From: Methanothermococcus sp. SCGC AD-155-E23
Lineage (GTDB): Archaea; AGJL01; Methanococci; Methanococcales; Methanococcaceae
DNA length: 64,000 nucleotides
Direction of reading: 5' to 3'
Assembly: GCA_019561615.1 (NCBI GenBank)
Contig: JAHEQA010000036.1
Span: 1-64,000, forward strand
Under the pieces are notes generated by a model. That model worked only from the letters and a program-made list of their open reading frames with translations, did no database searches and had not been told where the DNA came from. Position 1 is the stretch's first letter; every line of letters begins with the position of its first letter. Shown here one piece after another: positions 1 through 9,816 of the stretch. Position numbers and translations under genes: made by a program.

Positions 1-22
1 TAGCCAGCTAGACCATGGGCCC
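1..22 (-). tRNA. 5' fragment of a tRNA (probably tRNA-Val), truncated by the window edge
   Basis: Reverse complement reads GGGCCCATGGTCTAGCTGGCTA (acceptor 5' strand plus D-arm), resembling Methanococcales tRNA-Val. The anticodon is outside the window. Confidence 0.75.
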
Positions 23-46
23 AGTTAAAACAAATAACAAATCTTC

Positions 47-58
47 TATATAAAAATT
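47..58 (-). promoter_or_regulatory. TATA box of the edge tRNA
   Basis: TTTATATA on the minus strand at 54-47, about 25 bp upstream of the tRNA 5' end at 22. Confidence 0.65.
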
Positions 59-101
59 ACGGTTTAATGAATACAAACGCACTACCATATTAAGGGAGAC
101 C

Positions 102-1169
102 ATGAAGGATAAGGCACTTAAAAACTTCCTCAGGGATAGGGAGGAGGTGGTGAGATACTCCTCAGAGAGGGATGAGAAAAGTATTGAAAAATTTAAAAGG
201 ATATTGATGGAGATTAAGGAGGAGAGAGACACAAAGATAGTGGCAGACTATACAGAGTACAACCCACTTCATCTGGGACATAAGTACTGCCTCAGGAGAG
301 GGAAGGAGGAGGGCCTCTTTATAAGTGTCCTCCCTGGACCTCTGGAGAGAAGTGGAAGAGGGGTACCCTATCTAGTAGATAGATACATAAGGGCTGAAAT
401 GGCTATTAGGGCAGGTGCAGATATAGTAGTTGAAGGACCCCCTCTAGGTATCATGGGTTCTGGACAGTACATGGAGTGTATAGTTAAGATGTTCCACACT
501 CTAGGTGTGGAGGTTATACCTAGGGGCTATATAAAAAACCCTAGTATGGAGAGGATAATAGAGCTTATAAATAAGGGATATCACATCAAGGTGAAGCCCT
601 ATAGAATATCCTGTATTGAAACTGGAGAGTTTATCTGTGAGAAACTTGAGATAGACAACTACATAATAGCCTCCCTGTCCTACACCATGTACAAACTTAA
701 CAGGAGATATGGACTAAACTTCCACCCAAGATTCCTCTTCGTAGAGCGGTTAGAGGGTATAAGTGGTAGTAAAATCAGGGAGTATATATACAGTGGTAGA
801 TTCCAGGAGATAAGGGATATGGTCCCTGAGACCACCTTGGAAGTTCTAGAGGAGTACTCTGGAGGAGATATAGAGGGGATTATCCTTAAGAGGTTTGAGG
901 ACAGAATACTGGAGACTGCCAACGAGTACCCCCTTGAGAGGTATGTTCCAAGGCATATAGCTGAAGTGTTAGAGAGGAATAGACCCTATAGAAGTCTTGA
1001 GGAGATTAGGGAGGCTATACCCCAGGGTTTCTCCAGACATCTCAGGGAGAGGATCCTCTCCAGGTTGGAGTGTAGAATAGAGAGTGATGTTATCTCCAAT
1101 TATATCAGGAACTACCCCTCTAAAATAAGGATACTGGCTATAAATAAAAGTATCAGGGATATACTTTAA
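102..1169 (+). CDS. HIGH-motif nucleotidyltransferase, TmcAL/UPF0348-like (tRNA cytidine acetate ligase family)
   Basis: TEYNPLHLGH (HxGH) motif, ERSGRG-P, RAEMAIRAGADIVVE and ISGSKIRE (SAS/T-IR-like), all typical of the TmcAL family. Confidence 0.75.
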   Translation: MKDKALKNFLRDREEVVRYSSERDEKSIEKFKRILMEIKEERDTKIVADYTEYNPLHLGHKYCLRRGKEEGLFISVLPGPLERSGRGVPYLVDRYIRAEMAIRAGADIVVEGPPLGIMGSGQYMECIVKMFHTLGVEVIPRGYIKNPSMERIIELINKGYHIKVKPYRISCIETGEFICEKLEIDNYIIASLSYTMYKLNRRYGLNFHPRFLFVERLEGISGSKIREYIYSGRFQEIRDMVPETTLEVLEEYSGGDIEGIILKRFEDRILETANEYPLERYVPRHIAEVLERNRPYRSLEEIREAIPQGFSRHLRERILSRLECRIESDVISNYIRNYPSKIRILAINKSIRDIL

Positions 1170-1192
1170 TAAAGGTTAGGAGGGGAAACACC

Positions 1193-1867
1193 TTGAAGAA
1201 ACAGAGGTTCTGCCTAGATACCACTGCCATCACAGATAGTGAAGTGAGAAAGTCTCTAAATGTCTCTACAATTACCGAGTGTGCAGAGAAGATACTGGAT
1301 CTCATTGCCCAATCTAGGATATACCTGGATATATCCTGTCACATACCCTATCCAAGTGTATACAACGAATTGATAGGTTTCCTTAAGAGGGAGGGATGTC
1401 CAGAGGAGATTATAATAAAGGTGGACACCTGGCTGGTAAAGAAGACCCCAAATAGATACGAGATAAAACTCCCTGCAGAGATACTCTACGAATATATAAA
1501 GGATTTGAGGGAGAGGATAAACAAGGGTATGAGGTTAAGTGAAAGTGCAATGTATGAAACTGCAGAGGAGATGTACAACCTTGCAAGGGAGGGGGAGGAA
1601 AAGAGGGAGTTAATCAACACAGTGCTTTCAAAAACTGTAAACACCTTTAGAAGTAAGTATAGAAATGCCCTTAGAACTGGAACCCTGGACAGCGCCCCTG
1701 ACTTAGATGTACTACTTCTTGCAAAGGAGCTAGATGCAGCAGTTGTAGCCAGTGATGAAGGTATTGAAAAGTGGGCTCAACGTCTAGGTCTAAGGTTTGT
1801 TAAGGCAAAGGACTTCCCATTTATCTTAAGGGAGTACCTCTCCTATGTGAAAAAAGAGTACAGGTAG
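1193..1867 (+). CDS. RNA-free RNase P (HARP, PIN domain, UPF0278)
   Basis: QRFCLDTT start, K-PNRYEIKLPA, RERINKGMR, R-GTLDSAPDLDVLLLAKELDA and ASDEGI motifs. TTG start after a GGAGGGG RBS. Confidence 0.9.
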   Translation: MKKQRFCLDTTAITDSEVRKSLNVSTITECAEKILDLIAQSRIYLDISCHIPYPSVYNELIGFLKREGCPEEIIIKVDTWLVKKTPNRYEIKLPAEILYEYIKDLRERINKGMRLSESAMYETAEEMYNLAREGEEKRELINTVLSKTVNTFRSKYRNALRTGTLDSAPDLDVLLLAKELDAAVVASDEGIEKWAQRLGLRFVKAKDFPFILREYLSYVKKEYR

Positions 1868-1872
1868 ACACT

Positions 1873-2427
1873 ATGGAGCTAGAGGAGTTTGTAAGAATAT
1901 GTCATCTCCTCTACGAGAGGAGGTACGTGGTAGGTAGTGGAGGTAACGTAAGTATACGACAGGGGGATAAGGTATACATCACCCCTACAGGTTCTATCCT
2001 GGGATGGCTAAGGGAGGAGGATATCGCTGTTGTAGATATGGAGGGTAATGTTATAAGAGGTAACCCCTCCTCAGAGTTGAAGATGCACCTAGCTATCTAC
2101 AGAAGTAGAGAAGATGTAAAAAGTGTAGTACATACCCACTCCCCCTATACCCTGGCCCTCTCAGTACTTGAGAGGGAGATCGAGTTAATAACTCCTGAAT
2201 CTAAAAACCTCATAAAAAAGATAGGCTACCTACCCTACCTAGAGGCAGGTAGTGAGGAGTTGGCAGGGGAGGTGTCCAGGAGGAAGGAGGATGTAATAGT
2301 CCTTAAAAACCATGGAGTTGTATGCCTGGGGAGGGATTTAAAGGAAGCCTATATAAAAATAGAGGTTGTTGAGGAGGTTGCAAAGTTAAACTTCCTTACT
2401 CGTCTTTTACAGTCTCCAGGGCACTGA
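1873..2427 (+). CDS. fucA: class II aldolase, L-fuculose-phosphate aldolase family
   Basis: GNVSIR, ITPTG, PSSELKMH, VHTHSPY and LKNHGVV zinc-binding motifs. Confidence 0.88.
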   Translation: MELEEFVRICHLLYERRYVVGSGGNVSIRQGDKVYITPTGSILGWLREEDIAVVDMEGNVIRGNPSSELKMHLAIYRSREDVKSVVHTHSPYTLALSVLEREIELITPESKNLIKKIGYLPYLEAGSEELAGEVSRRKEDVIVLKNHGVVCLGRDLKEAYIKIEVVEEVAKLNFLTRLLQSPGH

Positions 2428-2674
2428 CTATACTCCATATCTGGGTTCTTGTATGGAGGGGCATATTTGGATCGTCACTTATATCGTCCAGGTACTGTAT
2501 TGCAGTGGCACTTCTTACTATGTACTCCTCCTTCTCATTTAGAATAGCCTCCTTGGCATTCTGTGCTGCAGCCCTTATGTTTCTTGGAACTGTTGTGTCG
2601 TTTATAATGTTGTCCAACATCTGGGCAATCTGTTTTAACTTCTCCTCTGGAGTAAGTTTCTTAGGCTTAAACAC
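2396..2674 (-). CDS. UPF0147 family protein
   Basis: IINDTTVPRNIRAAA and DDISDDPNMPLHTRTQIW signature. Confidence 0.88.
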   Translation of the reverse strand: MFKPKKLTPEEKLKQIAQMLDNIINDTTVPRNIRAAAQNAKEAILNEKEEYIVRSATAIQYLDDISDDPNMPLHTRTQIWSIVSALETVKDE

Positions 2675-2709
2675 CCTCTCACCCCCAAAGATTTTTTAAT
2701 ATTGGAGGA

Positions 2710-3081
2710 TTAACCCTGACCTATCAACTCTGCAATAGGTTTGTCCCCGTACTCCACAACCTTGGTATTTACCTGGACGATATCCTCAGAGATTGTATTG
2801 CCCCTTACACTCTTCCTCTTCCTTACACCCTTCTCCTTTGGTCTGTATCCAGGACCTTTACTTAGTAGTACCCTCTTAACACCTGTACCTGGAATATCAG
2901 GTCTCATAGGGAAACCACACTTGTCAGATCCTCCAGTTATCTTTAACTTGTATCCATCTAAACCAATAAGGGATCCATCTATAATATCCCCTATCTTCTT
3001 ACCTATCAGTGCAGAGGTCTCAACCTCCAACTGATAGGATTTCCCCTCATCATCAGATACAACTACCTTAAACTTAGGCAA
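2710..3081 (-). CDS. rps6e: 30S ribosomal protein S6e
   Basis: GYKLKITGGSDKCGFPMRPD and RKRKSVRGNTI. TTG start after a GGTGAT RBS. Confidence 0.96.
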   Translation of the reverse strand: MPKFKVVVSDDEGKSYQLEVETSALIGKKIGDIIDGSLIGLDGYKLKITGGSDKCGFPMRPDIPGTGVKRVLLSKGPGYRPKEKGVRKRKSVRGNTISEDIVQVNTKVVEYGDKPIAELIGQG

Positions 3082-3184
3082 TCTATCACCTAATTAATTT
3101 TTAAAAAAATAGAAAAAATAAAAAAGTCTATTCTTGCTATCCTCCTAATTGTAGTATTAAATATATAAAATTTTTGTCACAGGC

Positions 3185-4447
3185 TTAGTAGCAGTCAAAC
3201 CTTGTAGAGGGTTTTATCTCTCCCCTGAGATTTACAGTTAGTAGTCTCTTGGCCTCCTCTAGGGGATAGTTTCCAAGGAGGTGCATCATCTTAACTAATG
3301 CCACCTCGGGGTGCATATCCTCACAGGGTACTACCCCTAACTTTAGAAGTTTCCTACCGTTGGAGTATACATTCATATTTACCCTCCCGTTTATACACTG
3401 GGAGGCCATAGCCACCAAGAGCCCACTGTCTATTGCATACTTTATGTTGTCAAAGATACTCTCTGGGGCATGTCCCAGACCTGTACCCTCCAGGAGGATA
3501 CCCCTATATCCCCTATCCACGTAGTAGTCTATTATCTCTCCCTCTATTCCAGGGTATACCTTTAACAGGGCTACCTTCTCCTCCAAGCTGGTGTTCACCT
3601 CGATTCTAGGATCCTCCTCCACCTTCTCCACATCCCTTAGATACTCTATCCTCCTTGAGGTTGGATATATCTTTGCAAGGGGTATGGTGTTTATAGATCT
3701 AAAGGCATCCCTTCTTGAGGTGTGGCACTTTCTAACCTTCACACCCTCGTGAAGGTAGGTAAAGGTATCTCCACTCTCTCCATGCATAACCACGTAGACC
3801 CCCTTTATAGGTTCAGTGGCAGCTAGTACCCCAGAGAGAAGGTTGAGAGGGGCGTCTGAGGAGGGTCTATCGCTACTTCTCTGGGCACCTACAAGTACAA
3901 CAGGTATATTGGTATCTAGCATAAAGGAGAGTGCAGCTGCAGTGTAGTGCATAGTGTCTGTACCATGGGTTATGACTATCCCCTTTGCCCCACCTTCCAC
4001 CTCTCTCTTTATCTCCTGCGCTATCCTCTTCCAGTGAAGGGGAAGGATATTCTCACTGAGTATATTCATAAGTGACCTAGCAGATATATTACCCATCTCC
4101 AACAACTCTGGATATGTAAGTATTAGATCCTCTGCTGTAAATGCAGGATGAACAGCTCCAGTGTTGTAATCCACCCTAGATGCAACAGTACCTCCAGTGG
4201 ACAGGATGGAGATATTCTTTAAACCCTCCCTCCTCTCCAAGGATAACTCTGGTCTTTTGTATGTGGGGGTTTTTCCACCCTCTATCCTCTCTATGGATAC
4301 TATACGTCTCTTTGAGATACCTACGTTATACCCATTCTTCATCTTGAGGACTAGAACCTCCTCATCTAGGGAGGGCATAACTATACCTGTGTACTGGGTA
4401 CCCTCTGTTTTTACAGACACTAGATCCCCAACTTTGTATTTCTCCAT
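3185..4447 (-). CDS. gatD: glutamyl-tRNA(Gln) amidotransferase subunit D
   Basis: N-terminal [10 protein letters not shown] domain plus asparaginase motifs [18 protein letters not shown] and [12 protein letters not shown]. Confidence 0.95.
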   Translation of the reverse strand: MEKYKVGDLVSVKTEGTQYTGIVMPSLDEEVLVLKMKNGYNVGISKRRIVSIERIEGGKTPTYKRPELSLERREGLKNISILSTGGTVASRVDYNTGAVHPAFTAEDLILTYPELLEMGNISARSLMNILSENILPLHWKRIAQEIKREVEGGAKGIVITHGTDTMHYTAAALSFMLDTNIPVVLVGAQRSSDRPSSDAPLNLLSGVLAATEPIKGVYVVMHGESGDTFTYLHEGVKVRKCHTSRRDAFRSINTIPLAKIYPTSRRIEYLRDVEKVEEDPRIEVNTSLEEKVALLKVYPGIEGEIIDYYVDRGYRGILLEGTGLGHAPESIFDNIKYAIDSGLLVAMASQCINGRVNMNVYSNGRKLLKLGVVPCEDMHPEVALVKMMHLLGNYPLEEAKRLLTVNLRGEIKPSTRFDCY

Positions 4448-4516
4448 CTTTTCACCAATAATGATTTTAATAATTTGCTCTACAGTAAAAATTATAGTTA
4501 TGGGAGATGGGATAGG

Positions 4517-5536
4517 ATGGAGAGTTTAGAGTTTAAGATACTCACAAGGGTCTTTGTACTCTCTGTACTTCTATTGGTTCTCTACCTTATATACCCCTTC
4601 CTAGATGCCATAGCCCTCTCCTGCGCCTTTGCCTACATGGGCAAACCTATATACGATGGACTTAGAAGATACCTTGGGAAATCCACCTCTGCATTTATCT
4701 GCCTCCTTATCTTTATAGTTCCCACTGTTCTAGTAGGTGTTGTAGTGTTAAGGGATCTGGCAATGTTCATACTCCAGATGGATATCCAGGGTATTATCAA
4801 CTCCTTAAGTGCCCTCCTAAATGAGGTGTCCAACCAGCTAGGCTATAAGTTCCATATAGAGGAGGATAAACTGGTGCAGAATATACTTCAGATCTGGGGG
4901 TATCTTGAACCCCATATAAGGGGTATTGCACTTCAGATTATGACCCTCCCAGTGGTGTTCCTCAAGGTACTTGTAATTGTGTTTCTAACATACTACCTCC
5001 TCAAGGATGGGGAGGTTATAAAAAAGGTAATACTCTCCTACGTGCCAGAGGAGTACTATCAGACAACAGAGTTATTCCTGGATAGGTTAAATGAGTCCTA
5101 CAAGAACCTCTTTATAGGTAGTGCCCTTACCTCCATAGTTATCGGCATCATAGCTGCCATAGGGTTTTATTTGTTGGATATACCTAACCCCCTTATACTG
5201 GCGATTTTGACAGGTATATTTGCACTACTACCTGTTGTAGGGAGTTGGACTGTCTATCTACCCCTGACTCTCTACTACCTCCTAATTGGGGAGATGTGGA
5301 AGGGGGTGGAGGTATTTATCTTCGGTTTAATATTTCTCACCCTCCTACCTGACTTCATAGTAAGACCTTTTATCGTTAAAAATGAGAGTAGTATCCATCC
5401 AGCCCTAGTTTTAATAGCCTTTCTTATGGGTCCCATGACCTTTGGACTTGGAGGCTTTGCAATAGGTCCTCTGATTATTGGAGCCCTCCATGCCATATTT
5501 AGTATAAAGTTGGAGAGGTCCAGGGGTGATGGGTAA
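4517..5536 (+). CDS. AI-2E family (UPF0118) membrane transporter
   Basis: Multiple transmembrane segments, [26 protein letters not shown] and GP-TFG-GFAIGP. Start moved to ATG 4517 after GGGATAGG (ORF track gives 4475). Confidence 0.85.
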   Translation: MESLEFKILTRVFVLSVLLLVLYLIYPFLDAIALSCAFAYMGKPIYDGLRRYLGKSTSAFICLLIFIVPTVLVGVVVLRDLAMFILQMDIQGIINSLSALLNEVSNQLGYKFHIEEDKLVQNILQIWGYLEPHIRGIALQIMTLPVVFLKVLVIVFLTYYLLKDGEVIKKVILSYVPEEYYQTTELFLDRLNESYKNLFIGSALTSIVIGIIAAIGFYLLDIPNPLILAILTGIFALLPVVGSWTVYLPLTLYYLLIGEMWKGVEVFIFGLIFLTLLPDFIVRPFIVKNESSIHPALVLIAFLMGPMTFGLGGFAIGPLIIGALHAIFSIKLERSRGDG

Positions 5537-5583
5537 TTTAAATATTTAGAAGTATGGATATAGGGAATAATAAAAAAATAGTA

Positions 5584-5673
5584 TGGCGCGGAGGCCGAGA
5601 TTTGAACTCGGGAAGGGCATAACGCCCAACGGGATTAGCAGTCCCGCGCCGTACCAGGCTGGGCCACCTCCGC
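5584..5673 (-). tRNA. tRNA-Ser (GCT), CCA encoded
   Basis: Reverse complement GCGGAGGTGGCCCAGCCTGGTACGGCGCGGGACTGCTAATCCCG...GTTCAAATCTCGGCCTCCGCGCCA: anticodon loop CT-GCT-AA, long variable arm, T-loop. Confidence 0.97.
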
Positions 5674-5707
5674 ACCTGAGTCCAATATAGAAAAAATATA
5701 CTACTCC

Positions 5708-5722
5708 TATATAAATTTTTCG
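5708..5722 (-). promoter_or_regulatory. BRE/TATA of tRNA-Ser
   Basis: CGAAAAA-TTTATATA on the minus strand, about 35 bp upstream of the mature tRNA 5' end. Confidence 0.65.
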
Positions 5723-5724
5723 AT

Positions 5725-7764
5725 CTACTTCCTAACTATGTCACTCTCCCCTGGAGGAAGGACCCTGAGGATGTCCTCGTCATCCACCTCGTAATCCTTG
5801 AATATCTCCTTGAGCTCCTTTATAAGTTCTCCCTTCTTCCTCTTGGCAGGTTTTAACATTACATACTTCTCAAAGTTTTTAACAGTCTCTGGAGGTGCCG
5901 TAGTTAATTTCTTCTCCCCCTCGTACTCCAGGATACCTATTCCCAACCCTAGAGGCACACCTCTTATAAAGTTCCTCTTACCCCTTACCATAAAGGCCCC
6001 CTTCTTCAGATACTCCCCACTTTCAGCAGTCTTTGAGATCTGCTCAGGCCTTACCCAGTAGACATCTGTATTACCAAGACCTAGTTTCCAGGCCCTTGAG
6101 TGGGATGCTGCAAACCTTGCAGTCTCCATTAACAACCTCTCCCTTTTCTCCTCCTCCAACTCCTCTATATCTCTATCCATCTTGATCACTGTAAAGGGTG
6201 CACCCTCCATGAGGGTATGGAATACTATATCTTTGCTGTCGGTGTACTTCTTTATAAGTATCTCGTTTGTAGTTGCATCCTTTCCAGCCAGTATTAAATA
6301 ACCCTCTATAACTGTCCACTTGAACTTCTCGTACCACTTCCTCTTTTTCCTCTTCTTCTTTACAGGTGTTTTCTTCTCCAACTCCTTCATCAACTCCTGT
6401 TCCATCTCCTCCCTTCTCAGTCTCTCAAGTTTCTCCCTACTTATCTCTATGGCCTTCTTAACACCCTCCATCTTACTCCTGAATTTTTTAGACTTACTGT
6501 AGTACTCCTCTGCATTCTCAAAGGCACTTTTTCTTATGTCCAGGGGGATCTCCCTCTCCACAACTTCATCTCCATACTCTGCAGATAACCTAAGTATAAC
6601 CTCTCCACTTTTCTCCCTTATGGAAGAGATCTTACTTAGGAGGGGGTTGTCCCTGTTCTCTTTAATAACCCTCTTTATATCTGCCCAGTCCATCCTCTCC
6701 CTTGCCTCCCTGAGGGCCTTGAGAATCTCCTCCACTATGTTGTAGTTGGCGTAAATTAGATCTCCCTTTATCTGATTCTCCAGGGCCTTCTTCTCGTACT
6801 TCTTCAAGGTCTCCATCTGACTCTCAAGTATCCTCTCCTGCTTTTTTATCATCTTCTGTAGTTTACCCTCCACCTCCTCTACCATCTTCTTTGTTATATA
6901 CCTGGAGAAGTAGTCATCCACCGCGTTGATAAATCTCTCGTAGTACCTCTTCTCATAATCCCTGTACTTTACAAGTTCCACTGGAGATACATCGATATAG
7001 TCTCCATCCTCTAGTACGATATGAGGTTTCCTATCTTGGAACATCCTGTTGAAGAACTCCATACATCCCCTGTAAAGTTTCTCTATCTCCTCCTCAGAGG
7101 GATCCACAGTTTTTTTATCTACACCTGCAATATGACATATCTCCTCTGCGTATATACCTGCAAGACCGAAGATCCTGGAGATAACCCTTACACACTCCAC
7201 CCCCTTATTTCTATCCTCCCTAAACTTACCCTTAAAAATCTCATAGGAGTGTTCCAGGTTAAAGGGGGTTAGATCCCTCTGTGGTGGATACCTGTAGATC
7301 TCCTTAGGTAGGATCTCCCTACTACTCCATCGCTCCATCTTTAGAGGTAGTATTATCCTGTCCTCGCTATCTAGGAGTATTACATTTCCCTCGCCAAAGA
7401 GTTCCACTATAAGCTTATAGATACTATCCTTCCACTGGAAGGTTATCTTCACTATCCTGTCGAAGTTGTGCTGCTCCACATTTACTATCCTTGTATTTTT
7501 CAGATACTTTCTCAGTAGCATTGCAAAGGAGGGGGGATTTCTAGGTTTTTCCCTCTCGTACTCTGTCAAGGTGATGTACTTGTAGGTACCTATACCTATG
7601 GCTATCTCCTTTACACCCTCCTCTGGAACATGCACCTTCAGTATCAACTCCTTACCCCCCTGGGAATCCAGGAGAAATGCCTTGTCCAGTAATCCATTTA
7701 ACACCTCCCCCCGAAGTTCCTCTACTACGGCGTATATATCTACGTTAGTTAGATCCTTCTTCAT
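5725..7764 (-). CDS. rqcH: ribosome quality-control factor RqcH/Rqc2 (NFACT family)
   Basis: PPSFAMLLRKYL, NFDRIV, ELFGEGN, coiled coil, WYEKFKW, GKDATTNE and KTAESGEYLKKGAF. ATG at 7764 after a GGTGAT RBS. Confidence 0.92.
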   Translation of the reverse strand: MKKDLTNVDIYAVVEELRGEVLNGLLDKAFLLDSQGGKELILKVHVPEEGVKEIAIGIGTYKYITLTEYEREKPRNPPSFAMLLRKYLKNTRIVNVEQHNFDRIVKITFQWKDSIYKLIVELFGEGNVILLDSEDRIILPLKMERWSSREILPKEIYRYPPQRDLTPFNLEHSYEIFKGKFREDRNKGVECVRVISRIFGLAGIYAEEICHIAGVDKKTVDPSEEEIEKLYRGCMEFFNRMFQDRKPHIVLEDGDYIDVSPVELVKYRDYEKRYYERFINAVDDYFSRYITKKMVEEVEGKLQKMIKKQERILESQMETLKKYEKKALENQIKGDLIYANYNIVEEILKALREARERMDWADIKRVIKENRDNPLLSKISSIREKSGEVILRLSAEYGDEVVEREIPLDIRKSAFENAEEYYSKSKKFRSKMEGVKKAIEISREKLERLRREEMEQELMKELEKKTPVKKKRKKRKWYEKFKWTVIEGYLILAGKDATTNEILIKKYTDSKDIVFHTLMEGAPFTVIKMDRDIEELEEEKRERLLMETARFAASHSRAWKLGLGNTDVYWVRPEQISKTAESGEYLKKGAFMVRGKRNFIRGVPLGLGIGILEYEGEKKLTTAPPETVKNFEKYVMLKPAKRKKGELIKELKEIFKDYEVDDEDILRVLPPGESDIVRK

Positions 7765-7839
7765 AAATATCACCGTAGGGTATATATAACCAGAGATTAA
7801 TCATTGAGAATCCCAATAATTATATTTATAATTTGGGAG

Positions 7840-8286
7840 GTGATAAGTATAACTGTAAAAAGGGAGGATGAGGGTATACAATTCAGGGCGAGAAAGGGGA
7901 ATTGGTTCGTTGTTAAGAAGATGGAGATCGATGAGAATACTGAAGATATAGATATTGCCAGACTCCTGATCTCCATAGATGAGACCCTAGATAGAAAGAT
8001 ACTGGAGTATCTTCCCTTTGATATGAAGAAACTTGAAGAGATTGCAGATGAGATATATAAGAAGAGGGGGAGGGTAAAGGAGGAGGATATCCTAGAGGCT
8101 ATCAAGAAGTTAAAATCTCCAAGGATAACTAGAAAGTTAAAGGAGATAACAGAGTCCAAGGAGGGTGTGGAGATACTTAGGGTTATCCTAAACAGGATGG
8201 TTTTGGAGAGACTAGGTATTAAGACCAGGATAGACACTAAGCTTATAGAGAGATTCATGGAGAAAGAGGTGTTAAATAAGGGGTAA
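7840..8286 (+). CDS. conserved archaeal protein, DUF2666-like; start codon uncertain
   Basis: IQF-A-KG-W-VVKKM-IDE and IARLL-SI-ET pattern, with host-like codon usage. Ends 2 bp before the AMP phosphorylase gene. Confidence 0.7.
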   Translation: MISITVKREDEGIQFRARKGNWFVVKKMEIDENTEDIDIARLLISIDETLDRKILEYLPFDMKKLEEIADEIYKKRGRVKEEDILEAIKKLKSPRITRKLKEITESKEGVEILRVILNRMVLERLGIKTRIDTKLIERFMEKEVLNKG

Positions 8287-8288
8287 AT

Positions 8289-9806
8289 ATGTTGTTTCTC
8301 AGGGCAAAACTACTGGATATAGACCTGGGAAATAACGGGGTAGTTATAAATGAGAGGGAGATAGTGGGGACGGAGTACTACCCCCAGGATAGGGTGTTGG
8401 TAGAGTGTGCAAAGGGGTCCTTCATAGGGGTGTTGTACACCACAAAAAAGATGGTGAAGGAGGGGGAGTTAGGTATCAGTAGAGGTGTTATAGAGGGTAT
8501 AGAGGAGGGAGAGGAGGTTAGGTTAAGACATGCACCTAGGCCTAAATCCCTGAAGTATATAAAAAAGAAGATGGATGGACAGGTGCTGAAACCCCATGAG
8601 ATCCATACCATAGTAGATGAGATAGTTCAGGGCAAACTCTCCAATATAGAGTTAACAGGTTTTGTAGTCTCCACCTATATCCATGGTATGGAGATGGGAG
8701 AGATTGTAGAGATGACCAAGAGGATGGGGGAAACTGGTGAAAGACTTCAATGGGATAGACATCCAGTGGTAGATGTACACAGTATTGGAGGAGTGCCTGG
8801 AAACAAGTACGCCCTAATTACTGTACCTATTGTAGCTGCAGCTGGGATGATTATTCCCAAGACCTCCTCCAGGGCTATAACCTCTGCAGCTGGGACAGCT
8901 GATGTGATGGAGGTACTTACCAGGGTTGACCTAGATGCCCAGGAGATGAAGAGGGTGGTTGAGGCTACCAACGGATGTCTAGTTTGGGGAGGGAGTGTAA
9001 ATCTAGCCCCTGCAGATGATATAATAATAAACGTAGAGAGGCCACTCTCTATAGATCCTCAACCCCAACTACTTGCAAGTGTTATGGCCAAGAAGATTGC
9101 AGCAGGGATCAACTACACGGTAATCGATATCCCAGTTGGACCTGGAGCTAAGATAAAGAATGAGAGGGAGGGCTATGCCCTTGCAAGGAAGTTCATAGAA
9201 CTTGGTGACAGGGTTGGGATAGATGTGAAATGTGCCATCACCTACGGGGGGCAGCCTATAGGTAGGGCTGTTGGACCTGCCCTGGAGGCTAGGGAGGCAC
9301 TTATGGCCCTGGAAGATCCTAAGTCCGCCCCAAAGAGTTTAATCGAGAAGTCCCTCTCCCTCGCCGGTATACTTCTAGAGTTTGGAGGTGTGGCACAACA
9401 TGGATCTGGTACAAAGGTGGCCAAGGATATCCTCTACTCTGGAAAGGCCCTGGAGAAATTTAAGGAGATAGTAATTGAGCAGGGAGGGGGAGAGGGTATA
9501 ACTAAGTCTGAGGATGTGGAGTTGGGGAGATACTTCGAGGACGTCCCCTCTCCAAAGGATGGATACGTGATATCCCTATCTAACAGGGGGATAACAGAGA
9601 TAGCCAAGGAGGCTGGTGCCCCAAGGGATAAGAAGGCTGGAGTACTACTCTACGTGAAGAGGGGATGTAAGGTAAACAAGGGTGACATACTCTACAGGAT
9701 ATACTCCAGTTCAGAGGAGAGGTTAAAATCTGCACTTAAACTTGCCAGGAGGATACATCCAGTAAGGGTTGAGGGGATAGTTATTAGGAGGGTTAGTAAG
9801 TTCTAA
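8289..9806 (+). CDS. deoA: AMP phosphorylase (archaeal thymidine phosphorylase family)
   Basis: DVHSIGGVPGNK, PKTSSRAITSAAGTAD, WGGSVNLAPADD and IGRAVGPALEA, plus the N-terminal extension typical of AMP phosphorylase. Confidence 0.92.
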   Translation: MLFLRAKLLDIDLGNNGVVINEREIVGTEYYPQDRVLVECAKGSFIGVLYTTKKMVKEGELGISRGVIEGIEEGEEVRLRHAPRPKSLKYIKKKMDGQVLKPHEIHTIVDEIVQGKLSNIELTGFVVSTYIHGMEMGEIVEMTKRMGETGERLQWDRHPVVDVHSIGGVPGNKYALITVPIVAAAGMIIPKTSSRAITSAAGTADVMEVLTRVDLDAQEMKRVVEATNGCLVWGGSVNLAPADDIIINVERPLSIDPQPQLLASVMAKKIAAGINYTVIDIPVGPGAKIKNEREGYALARKFIELGDRVGIDVKCAITYGGQPIGRAVGPALEAREALMALEDPKSAPKSLIEKSLSLAGILLEFGGVAQHGSGTKVAKDILYSGKALEKFKEIVIEQGGGEGITKSEDVELGRYFEDVPSPKDGYVISLSNRGITEIAKEAGAPRDKKAGVLLYVKRGCKVNKGDILYRIYSSSEERLKSALKLARRIHPVRVEGIVIRRVSKF

Positions 9807-9816
9807 AGGTGATAGG

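Noticed and set aside
4505-4519. Repeat AGATGGGATAGGATG also at about 63906-63920, with GGGATAGGATG at about 47387
   Set aside because: Explained as a recurrent GGGAT-type RBS plus start codon, not a mobile or regulatory repeat.
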